This document shows positions 1 to 8,550 of a stretch of 64,000 nucleotides of DNA, one piece after another. Within the stretch, counting starts at the first letter, position 1. Each line of letters opens with the position of its first letter. The notes beneath the pieces were generated by a model, which ran no database searches, was not told the origin of the DNA, and saw nothing but the letters and a program-made list of their open reading frames with translations. The stretch lies in NCBI GenBank assembly GCA_964619725.1, contig CAZUFC010000008.1, positions 61,941-125,940 on the forward strand, given 5' to 3'. The translations under genes and the position numbers were made by a program. The stretch comes from an uncultured bacterium (GTDB lineage: Bacteria; CSSED10-310; CAZUFC01).

Positions 1-1890
1 ATCAGGATAACGTTGAACGGCAATCACGTGCATGACAATTTCAGCTCTGGAATTCACTTCAGCAAAAGCAACGGACTGTCTGACATCCATTACATACTCA
101 TGAACAATACGGTCCACGATAACGACGGCCACGGCGTAAGGATATGGACGGGGAACAACACCAATAATTCAGATGCATTCTTCCAGAACGAATATTATTA
201 CAACAATTACGGCGACGGACTTAACTTCAGATTCTCCGACTATTCGACTGATACGCAAGTAATTCTGGATAACGTAACCTGCAGGGCGAACACCGGCGAC
301 GGAATGTACCTGGAATTCAAACGCAACAACGAACCCGTCAATCTGGAATTATACGGGTGTGAGTCTTATGAAAATGATGAGAACGGCATTAAAATGTTTG
401 CGAACAGTTGTTTTGTTTCCACGCTAACCTGTTCGGATTGCTATGTGCATGACAATGGAGAAGCGGGATGCCGGTTTGAAAAAACGGAGGAAGCGATCGT
501 GAGTCACAATACGATCGGCGACAATGACGGCGACGGACTATGGATGAAACTAGGCGGAGAGAATGTATCCCAAATTTTTGACAACCAGATATTCGATAAC
601 GGGGGAATGGGACTTCACGTAGAAAACGGCGATGCGGTATTTTCAAACAACGCTGCAGACCACAACATAAGTCACGGGATAGAATTCAGCGCCGGCCTCG
701 GGGTTTTTCATTACAATGATATCAACTGGAACGGCGGATACGGCATCAGGCTAAACAATACAAGCGACGTGACGGATTTCGATTACAACAATCTTTATCT
801 CAACAACACCTATGAAATGTACAACGATTCTTCTTACGATGTATCGGCCATGTGCTGCTGGTGGGGCGATGCAGCGACCCAGGAGATGAATGATTACGGA
901 TTTCCTCACGATATATCGAGGATATACGACAACTGGGATTCGCCTTCGCGGGGACTGGTGAATTACAGCGGCTGGCAGAGCGGCCCGCTTCCGACGTTGA
1001 CTCCCACAGTAGCGCCTACGGCGACGCCGGCGCCTCCGACATTGACTCCCACCATATCGCCCACCATGCCTTCCTGGACTATAACGCCGACCCTGGTACC
1101 GCCTACGGCCACGCCCGTATGCTGGAACGACGGCGATGTGGACGACAGCGGAGTATTAACGCCCCTGGATGCCTTGATGTCATTCCGTATTTACCTGGGG
1201 GTGATACCCGATCCCACATTCGATGAATTCTGTTCCGCTGACTGTCTGGGAGAAGGCAATGTTACGCCGGCCGATGCTCAATGCATCTTCGAGCATTACC
1301 TGGGAATGGAATGCGATTGCGCTGATCCTGTCGGAAAGGGATTCGGCGATGACTATGCTGCTCTGAATCAACGCAGAGGTTTACTGAGCGGACATGATGA
1401 AGCGTATGAGATTCAGGAACGGAGCGACGGCGAAAGGTTGGATGCGGTCTCCGAGGCTGGGATACAGAAGGTTCCGGACGGGTTTCTTTACGCTGAACTG
1501 GATTATAATTATACGACGGATTTACTCCTGGTCAGCATCAGGATGAGGAACGACGCAGAGCTCGTGCAAGCCTTCGGATTCCAGGTGTCATTCGATGAAA
1601 GCGTTTTAAATTACAAGGAATACCTGTTCGGCGAAATGATTGAGGATTGGGCATTCATGGGATCGAATTACAGCGAGGGCAACCTGACGGTCGGCGCCTT
1701 TGATGCTTTTTCAGGCATAAAGCCGGGATCGGAGGGCGTATTAGCGTTGTTTGTCTTTGAAGTCAGGGGAATCAGCGAAAGGTTTGATTTCGGGATTGAT
1801 ATTCACGGCCTGGCGGACGACATAGGCGAATATGAAACGACTACATATTGGTTGGATGAGAGCTTAAACGATTCAGAAGCGCTGCAATAA
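1..1890 (+). CDS. 5'-truncated secreted protein: right-handed parallel beta-helix repeats, Pro/Thr linker, dockerin-like domain, C-terminal cohesin-like domain
   Basis: Frame open from base 1. Repeated (V/I)xDNxGxG(I/L) beta-helix motifs; PT linker; GDVDDSGVLTPLDA...ADCLGEGNVTPADA dockerin-like duplicated loop (~1120-1320); VQAFGFQVSFDESVLNY...GNLTVGAFD...GSEGVLALFVFEV cohesin-like signature (~1480-1840). Confidence 0.85.
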   Translation: MRITLNGNHVHDNFSSGIHFSKSNGLSDIHYILMNNTVHDNDGHGVRIWTGNNTNNSDAFFQNEYYYNNYGDGLNFRFSDYSTDTQVILDNVTCRANTGDGMYLEFKRNNEPVNLELYGCESYENDENGIKMFANSCFVSTLTCSDCYVHDNGEAGCRFEKTEEAIVSHNTIGDNDGDGLWMKLGGENVSQIFDNQIFDNGGMGLHVENGDAVFSNNAADHNISHGIEFSAGLGVFHYNDINWNGGYGIRLNNTSDVTDFDYNNLYLNNTYEMYNDSSYDVSAMCCWWGDAATQEMNDYGFPHDISRIYDNWDSPSRGLVNYSGWQSGPLPTLTPTVAPTATPAPPTLTPTISPTMPSWTITPTLVPPTATPVCWNDGDVDDSGVLTPLDALMSFRIYLGVIPDPTFDEFCSADCLGEGNVTPADAQCIFEHYLGMECDCADPVGKGFGDDYAALNQRRGLLSGHDEAYEIQERSDGERLDAVSEAGIQKVPDGFLYAELDYNYTTDLLLVSIRMRNDAELVQAFGFQVSFDESVLNYKEYLFGEMIEDWAFMGSNYSEGNLTVGAFDAFSGIKPGSEGVLALFVFEVRGISERFDFGIDIHGLADDIGEYETTTYWLDESLNDSEALQ

Positions 1891-1926
1891 AAACGGCAAT
1901 TTTCACCAATAACAGGGAGCAGCATA

Positions 1927-4659
1927 ATGAAGCGAAAAATATTTCTCGGATTATCAGCGAGCTGCCTCATCCTGTTCAGCAGCGTAGCGTTGTGTTTGGG
2001 ATATAATCCCGCATCTAAAAGCGACCTGGTATGGGTCGCCGATAGTACCGGCTGTACAGGAGAAGCGATACAGATTGCCGTTTCAATGTCCAACGGAGAA
2101 ACGCCGGTCGAGGCGTTCGGATTTGATCTTCATTATTGTACGGATATGCTGGAGTATGTTTCGTGCGAATATGGAGAGCTGACTCTGGCCTGGCCGTATT
2201 TGAACTGCAACCCGGCTGAACCGGGGATTGTACGCGTAGGCGGATTCAGTCCCATGCCGATACCGGCGGGCAGTTCGGGCAGCATTGCGGTCTTGACCTT
2301 TACGGTAACTTGCGGCGCCTGCAACCCAGAGGACGAATGTGAGATATCTCTGACGGATTTGGTCGACGATTTCGAGGGATGGTCGGCACAGTCTGGAACA
2401 TTTACTTATCATTGCGAACCCACGCCGAGTCCTACGATTGTTCCCAGTTCCACGCCTTCCCCTGAACCGACGGTCGTTCCGACTCAGGCGGCGACGTCTA
2501 CGCCGACGGACGACGAAATATGGGTTGAAGAGGTTTCGGGATGCACCGGCGAAATCATTGATATAGCCGTTTCAATCAATAATCCCGATACGGCAGTGGA
2601 AGCGTTCGGTTTCGATTTTAATTTCAATATTCATATGCTGGACTATGAGTCATGCATCAAGGGTGATTTAACTTCGGAATGGAATTACTTTCAGTGCCAT
2701 GAGGACGGACTGGGGCGAATACGCATCGGGGGTTTCTCTGATGATCCCATCCCGGCAGGCAGCGCCGGGACGCTCGTCGTTATTTCTTTCAGGGTTACAT
2801 GTTACTACTGCGAACTGAATGATCAATGCACGCTGAGTTTGACCGGTCTGATTGATGATATGGACGGTTGGACGACGCAGAACGGTCTGTTCACTTATTA
2901 TTGTCCGCCGACGCCCACATATACCGTAACAGCGACAGGTACGCCCACTCTTTCGCCCACCGGCACGCCGACTTTGACCCCGACGAGAACGCCACTATTC
3001 ACTTATACGCCCACAGCGACTTTTACGCCGACGGATAATCTCATCTGGGCGGGCGATTGTTCGGGATGCGCCGGCGAGTCGATCCAACTGGCGGTTTTCC
3101 TGGCGAATCCGGACTCCACGGTCGAAGCTTTCGGTTGCGATCTGCACTATTGTCCGGATATGCTGGAATATGATTCATGTGCGCCGGGCATTCTGACTTT
3201 AGCCTGGCCTTACCTGGAATGCCATGAAACGGAGCCGGGCACAGTCCGCATCGGCGGATTTGCGGACCAGGGCATAGTGCAGGACAGCAGCGGCAGCATT
3301 GCGGTTTTATCTTTTACGGTAACCTGCGACGGCTGCATTGAAGGAGATCAGTGCGAAATATACCTGGATAACCTGGTCGATGATCTCTTTGCCTGGCCGA
3401 CTCAGGATGGGACATTCACTTACTATTGTCCGCCGACTCCCACTCCCACAAGTTCTCCGACTCCCACATGCTCTCCCACCCCGACCAATTCCGCCACGCC
3501 GACAGCTAGCCCGACAGTCACTTCGAGTCCTACGCCTGAACCGACATCCACACCCACTCATACAGGCACGCCGACAACCGACTATTTATGGATTCAGGAC
3601 GCTTCCGGCTGCAGGGATGAGTCGATACAGATCGCCATTTCAATCGAGAATCCCGATTCTCCCCTGAATGCATTCGGCTTCAACCTCAATTACGCCCCGG
3701 ATATGCTCTCTTTCGTCTCCTGCGAGAAAGGAGAACTCTGTTCCGAATGGACCTATATCCAGTGCAATGAAACAGGTCCGGGAATCGTTCGTGCGGGCGG
3801 TTTCGACGATGCCGGCATACCCGCAGGCAATATGGGAAACATATTGATCTTGAATTTTACGGTTAATTGCGAAAGCTGTGAAGAAGGAGACGAATGCCTC
3901 TTATACCTGGACGGCCTGGTGGACGATATTGCACGTTGGACAGCCGAGGACGGAACTTTTACATTAGTCACGGATAACGTGTGGGTGAGCGATGCTTCCG
4001 GGACAGCCGGCGAAGTGATCGAAATACCGGTTATGATTGCTAACCCGTGCACTGCTCCAGATGCCCTGGGATTCGATCTGGACTTTTGTCCTGATATGCT
4101 GGAATACGAAAACTGTCAGAAGGGAGAATTGACTGCGGACTGGCCCTATCTGCTGTGCAGCGAAATAGAGACTGGCCGGCTGCGCGTCGGAGGATTCGGA
4201 GAAACGTCCATCGGGACGGGCAGCCAGGGATCAATAGTTAAACTGTTCTTCACGGTTACATGCGGAGAATGCGTTCCGGGCGATGACTGCATCATGCCCT
4301 TGTCCGGACTGGAAGACGATATCGCCGGGTGGACCACTGCCGAAGGAACGTTTACGTATGTCGAATATACTCCAACAGCTACCGTCTTTCCGACTGTAAC
4401 CAATACCCCCGTTCCCACCGGTACGCCGACTGACACGCCTACGGCCTCGCCGACCGACACGCCTACGGCTTCACCAACCGATACACCGACGTTTTCGCCT
4501 ACGCCGCATTTCACCGCTACTCCCGAATATTCGCCGACTGTTACTTTGACGCCGACTCCTCCAGTCGTGCCGAGCGTTACCGTTACCGGCACAAGCGCGT
4601 TAATCCTCAGCCTTGGCTTGATCCTCTGGCTTGTCGGTCGTAAAAAGCATTCAACGTAA
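1927..4659 (+). CDS. Scaffoldin-like surface protein with five Cys-rich cohesin-like domains, Pro/Thr linkers and an IPTL-CTERM-like anchor
   Basis: Signal peptide; five ~130-aa repeats (I.V.I.NP...V.AFGFDL.Y.PDML.Y..C..G.LT..W...C....G..R.GGF....I..GS.G.I..L.F.V.C); PT linkers; ends VPSVTVTGTSALILSLGLILWLVGRKKHST. Confidence 0.85.
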   Translation: MKRKIFLGLSASCLILFSSVALCLGYNPASKSDLVWVADSTGCTGEAIQIAVSMSNGETPVEAFGFDLHYCTDMLEYVSCEYGELTLAWPYLNCNPAEPGIVRVGGFSPMPIPAGSSGSIAVLTFTVTCGACNPEDECEISLTDLVDDFEGWSAQSGTFTYHCEPTPSPTIVPSSTPSPEPTVVPTQAATSTPTDDEIWVEEVSGCTGEIIDIAVSINNPDTAVEAFGFDFNFNIHMLDYESCIKGDLTSEWNYFQCHEDGLGRIRIGGFSDDPIPAGSAGTLVVISFRVTCYYCELNDQCTLSLTGLIDDMDGWTTQNGLFTYYCPPTPTYTVTATGTPTLSPTGTPTLTPTRTPLFTYTPTATFTPTDNLIWAGDCSGCAGESIQLAVFLANPDSTVEAFGCDLHYCPDMLEYDSCAPGILTLAWPYLECHETEPGTVRIGGFADQGIVQDSSGSIAVLSFTVTCDGCIEGDQCEIYLDNLVDDLFAWPTQDGTFTYYCPPTPTPTSSPTPTCSPTPTNSATPTASPTVTSSPTPEPTSTPTHTGTPTTDYLWIQDASGCRDESIQIAISIENPDSPLNAFGFNLNYAPDMLSFVSCEKGELCSEWTYIQCNETGPGIVRAGGFDDAGIPAGNMGNILILNFTVNCESCEEGDECLLYLDGLVDDIARWTAEDGTFTLVTDNVWVSDASGTAGEVIEIPVMIANPCTAPDALGFDLDFCPDMLEYENCQKGELTADWPYLLCSEIETGRLRVGGFGETSIGTGSQGSIVKLFFTVTCGECVPGDDCIMPLSGLEDDIAGWTTAEGTFTYVEYTPTATVFPTVTNTPVPTGTPTDTPTASPTDTPTASPTDTPTFSPTPHFTATPEYSPTVTLTPTPPVVPSVTVTGTSALILSLGLILWLVGRKKHST

Positions 4660-4703
4660 AGGAGCGTTCCGACGAAATAGACTCTATTCAGCGATTACTC
4701 CTT

Positions 4704-4748
4704 AAGGCCGGCGTCCTGCTGAAACGCCGACCTTGCATGTTTGTGTTT
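4704..4748 (+). terminator. Probable intrinsic terminator between convergent genes
   Basis: AAGGCCGGCGT-N9-ACGCCGACCTT stem (one mismatch) followed by a T-rich run. Confidence 0.5.
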
Positions 4749-4772
4749 AATATTTTTGAATCGAGTCAAGCG

Positions 4773-4794
4773 TAACCTCTGTTTGATCAGTCCC
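4773..4794. repeat. Dispersed 22-bp intergenic repeat, copy 1 (consensus TAACCCCTGTTTGATCAGTCCC)
   Basis: TAACCTCTGTTTGATCAGTCCC; related copies at 33083 and 33115. Confidence 0.7.
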
Positions 4795-4815
4795 CGAATT
4801 TAAACTGGCGATTAA

Positions 4816-6174
4816 TCAGGCCGCATATTTTTTACTTGAAACAGCCGGAAAAATGCCGAGAAGCAGCGCTAACAGAACCTTGCCGTAATCGGACGTAGCG
4901 GGAACGGACGGTTCTGTAGGCGCCGGCGTTGCTGTGGGGGTGACAGCCGGCGTTTGAGTGAATATGGGGGTTGTTCCCGGAGTGGACGTTGCGGTTGATG
5001 TGGAAGTTACTGTTGGGGTTGCCGTGGGGCTATGTGTTGGCGAAATCGTAAATGTCGGGGAGAGCGTCGGGGTCCTGGTTGGGGTGTTCGTTGGCGACTG
5101 CGTGGGAGAGAGTGTGTGAGTCGGCGATGGAGTCGGCGTCAGGGTAGGCGTTAGAGTGGGTGTAGTTGTCGGAGAGCGCGTCGGGGTCAGCGTGGGCGTT
5201 GATGTCGGACTTTGAGTCGGTGTTCCGGAAGGCGTTAATGTGGGCGATAACGTCGGCGTATAGGTGACGGTCAATGTGACGGTCGGACTGACCGTGGGTG
5301 TGGAAGTGGGGGATTTCGTGGGCGTCAGCGTTAAAGTGACGGTAGGGGAAAGATTTATCGTCGCTGTCCTGGTGGGAGTATCCGTCTGCGTCCTGGTTGG
5401 AGTTTTCGTCGGCGTCTTAGTTGGAGTACGCGTCGGCGTAACAGTCGGGGTACGCGTCGGCGGATCAGGATTGCCGTAAGTCAGTCCTCTCGCCTGCCAG
5501 GTGGACATGGGTGGGTATAACCAGTCTACTTCGGCGCCGGTCGCAGGATTTATTTTTAATATGTCGTTGAGCGTGTTGATCGCCCATAAATGGTCGTCGC
5601 CGTAAGCTAATCCCTGTGCGGCATATGTCCCGATCGGAGGGTAGAGCCAACCCATTCCCGCGCCTGTGGAGGGGTTTATTTTCAGTATGTCGTTTGACGA
5701 ATCAATCGCCCACAAATAACCGTCGCCGTGCGTCAGTCCCCTGGCGCTATAAGAATGCATGGGCGGATAGAGCCATCCCAGGCTGTTTCCTGTGTCCGGG
5801 TCTATCTTCAATATCTCGTTTGTTGATGTGATCGCCCACAGATGCCCCTCGCCGTAAGCCAGGCCCTGGGCAGTATATGTGCCTATCGGCGGATATATCC
5901 ATCCCATTCCCGCTCCTGTGTCCGGGTCTATCTTCAAAATGGCGTTCACGGCATCGACCGCCCAGAGATAACCCCCGCCGAACGTTAGTCCGCGCGCCTG
6001 CCACATATCAAAAGGCGGATCGAGCCAGCCTAATTCGCCTCCCGTGTCCGGATCGATTTCCATGATTTCGTTCACTGTATTGATTGCCCACAATGTGTCC
6101 GAAGCCTTCGACGGGCCGGCGCCGACTAACGTGATTAGAAGATTTGCCGAAAAAAACAATACGCTGAATCTCAT
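4816..6174 (-). CDS. Secreted five-repeat beta-propeller-like protein with long Pro/Thr stalk and IPTL-CTERM-like anchor
   Basis: ATG at 6174 preceded by AAGGA; signal peptide; five 42-aa repeats LWA.....I..I(D/N)P.TG....W..PP.....A.GL..G; long PT tract; ends VPATSDYGKVLLALLLGIFPAVSSKKYAA. Confidence 0.85.
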   Translation of the reverse strand: MRFSVLFFSANLLITLVGAGPSKASDTLWAINTVNEIMEIDPDTGGELGWLDPPFDMWQARGLTFGGGYLWAVDAVNAILKIDPDTGAGMGWIYPPIGTYTAQGLAYGEGHLWAITSTNEILKIDPDTGNSLGWLYPPMHSYSARGLTHGDGYLWAIDSSNDILKINPSTGAGMGWLYPPIGTYAAQGLAYGDDHLWAINTLNDILKINPATGAEVDWLYPPMSTWQARGLTYGNPDPPTRTPTVTPTRTPTKTPTKTPTRTQTDTPTRTATINLSPTVTLTLTPTKSPTSTPTVSPTVTLTVTYTPTLSPTLTPSGTPTQSPTSTPTLTPTRSPTTTPTLTPTLTPTPSPTHTLSPTQSPTNTPTRTPTLSPTFTISPTHSPTATPTVTSTSTATSTPGTTPIFTQTPAVTPTATPAPTEPSVPATSDYGKVLLALLLGIFPAVSSKKYAA

Positions 6175-6487
6175 TTCCAAATCCTTCTTTGTTTCCGTTG
6201 ATACTTATCTTCGTTCAAATAAGTATAGCTCTGATTCTGTTTTCTTTTTTACATGAAAAATTCAGGAAAAACAAAAATTTAAGCGAAAACAATCGCTGAC
6301 GGACCATCGTCGCTTCCGGTAATCTGATCCATGCGTAGACATTAATCGATTTTCGCGGTTAAAACGGGCTTTTCTGTTTTAATGGAGGAAAACCCGCATG
6401 TCTGCGTTACGTATGTCCAATACTGAGCATTTTACGGGAATTAAAACGGACGATTTGTTGCAGGGGCCGATTGTAAAAGGTATTCGA

Positions 6488-6922
6488 TCAGTCCAAAGGA
6501 AGCATCTTTTTTGCGGATGAATATTTAACGTCGAAATCCTGCAGAATTACAGCGGCTCGGCCTTCGGTCTCCCTGATCAAGGCCAGAAGAAAATGCTCAG
6601 TACCGACATGATTGTGTTTTCTGTTTTTCGATTCGAAGATTGCCGTCGCTAATACTTTTTTGGACATATCACTGAAGGGTATGCCGGCGGATATCTCGGA
6701 TTTGGAATGCTCTTTTGCGAAGTAATTATTTTCGATGTGTCTTTTCATTCCCTCTGTATCGATTTCCATTTTCTCCAGAATCTTTACGCCCCGCCCGGTT
6801 CCCTCTTTCAATATGCCGAACAATAAATGCTCTGTATCTAAAGATTCGTGCCGGTAATGCTCCGCTGCAGTTTTGGCAAAGGCTATTACTTTTTTTGCTC
6901 TTTCCGTGAATTTTTCAAACAT
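6488..6922 (-). CDS. Stand-alone Clp protease N-terminal (Clp_N double repeat) domain protein
   Basis: MFEKFTERAKKV...DTEHLLFGIL and HNHVGTEHFLLALI match ClpC N-domain repeats; stop after 144 aa, no AAA+ module; GGGAGG RBS upstream. Confidence 0.9.
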   Translation of the reverse strand: MFEKFTERAKKVIAFAKTAAEHYRHESLDTEHLLFGILKEGTGRGVKILEKMEIDTEGMKRHIENNYFAKEHSKSEISAGIPFSDMSKKVLATAIFESKNRKHNHVGTEHFLLALIRETEGRAAVILQDFDVKYSSAKKMLPLD

Positions 6923-7302
6923 TTCAACGATCCTCCCCGTTATGACCGATTGAATTAATAATTTTTCCCTGGCGATATTTAATTATTCCAGATAAAATCA
7001 GGGATTTAAAGAGCTTTTCATTTTTATCCTGGGCCTGTCCTGTTTCGGCGATTCCTGCTGTCGTTTTTATGATAGCTTAACGGTCAGGGTCTGTCCACAC
7101 AGTCGCTTTTAGCTCGCAGCGCCTGTCCGGCATTAAATTTTGAATCGAGATTCGAGTTTGCGGAAAGGCGCTGACTCGTTTCTGTTCATCCCGGGGCGGC
7201 CAGGCGCCGGTTACAGAAATCGGTTTTACGCATTGGCTATTGGCTGTGAAAAAAGCAAAGCAGGCTGTCTTGACTTTTCATTTCTCATGTTGAATAAAGA
7301 TA

Positions 7303-8550
7303 ATGTCTGCCGCGAGGGAATGGTTATGGTGTGGAACGGCAGGCGGCAGATATTCCGGGAAACGGGGCATTTCATTGTTTAAGCGGGCTTCGCAGACAGC
7401 TTTTATCAGAAAAATCGAAAAACGGATCGGGGACAGGACTCTGTCATTGATCAATTACAGGCCGAGTGCATCTCATTCCGTAAAATCAACGTTTGCGGTC
7501 ATCGTTCAGTTGATTCATCAAATCATCGGCCGCATCTTCAGTCATTTTTATTACAGGAAGCTGAGGCGGTATAAGGGAAAGAAGAAAATCATCTGGGCGT
7601 TGACGCCTCCGCCGGGACTGCGCAACCTGGGCGATCATGCTCAGGCAGTCGCCATTCGCGGGATATTCAGGGACTTTTTCGGGGATTATGCCGTCGTTGA
7701 GCTGGACAAGAATGAGGTTTATCTGAGCCTATGGGCAATAAAAAAGATTCTGGGGCGTGAGGATATAATATTCCTTCAGAGCGGCGGCAATTTAAACAGC
7801 CGTTCGCCCTGGTCGGAAAACGGCCGGCGATTGATTATCCGGCATTTCAAGTCAAATAGAATCATTTCTCTTCCCCAGACGATATATTTTGAGGAAACCG
7901 GTCCGGGAAGAGAGGAGCTGTCGATAAGCCGTCGGATTTACAATCAGCATCCGAATCTGACGATTGTCGCTCGTGATTCGACAAGCCTGCGGCTGGCCCG
8001 GGAGTATTTCCCTTCGAGCCAAACGACGGCCTGTCCCGATGTCGTGTTGTATCTGCCGAAACCTCCAAAAGAGCGGGAGAGAAGGGGAATATTGCTGTGT
8101 ATTCGCAACGACCGGGAATCTCAAATCGGACCCGGCGGTCTCAGTCGCATACGGGAAATAATGGAAGAAATCGGGAAGGAATACGAAATTTTCGATACTG
8201 TCGTCGATCACGATGTCGAGATATCGGAACAGGAGCAGGAAACATATCGCGCCCTGAGATTATTCATGAGGCATGAAGCGGTGGTGACGGACCGCCTGCA
8301 CGGATTGATATTTTCAGTCGTGACTCAGACTCCCTGCATAGTTCTGAATACGGCGGACCACAAGATAAAAAAGGGGATCGAGTGGTTTGAAGGACTTGAT
8401 TTCATCTATCATGCCGATGCTCCGGATTCAATAAAAAAATTGATCAGGGAAGCCTGTGAGAAGAAAAAGACCCCGGTCGGTTATCCTGACTGGAAATCAA
8501 AGTATTTCAACGGATTGTTCAAAAAGATAAGAGAAGAAACAGCATTGTGA
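7303..8550 (+). CDS. Polysaccharide pyruvyl transferase family protein (EpsI/ExoV-like)
   Basis: NLGD, SGGNL, ARDSTS, CPD and VVTDRLHGLI motifs; start codon uncertain. Confidence 0.88.
   Translation: MSAAREWLWCGTAGGRYSGKRGISLFKRASQTAFIRKIEKRIGDRTLSLINYRPSASHSVKSTFAVIVQLIHQIIGRIFSHFYYRKLRRYKGKKKIIWALTPPPGLRNLGDHAQAVAIRGIFRDFFGDYAVVELDKNEVYLSLWAIKKILGREDIIFLQSGGNLNSRSPWSENGRRLIIRHFKSNRIISLPQTIYFEETGPGREELSISRRIYNQHPNLTIVARDSTSLRLAREYFPSSQTTACPDVVLYLPKPPKERERRGILLCIRNDRESQIGPGGLSRIREIMEEIGKEYEIFDTVVDHDVEISEQEQETYRALRLFMRHEAVVTDRLHGLIFSVVTQTPCIVLNTADHKIKKGIEWFEGLDFIYHADAPDSIKKLIREACEKKKTPVGYPDWKSKYFNGLFKKIREETAL

Noticed and set aside
4146-5479. Val/Gly-rich ORFs (4146-4592, 5264-5479; similar at 46135, 48937, 52408, 57139)
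   Set aside because: Antisense shadows of Pro/Thr linker codons
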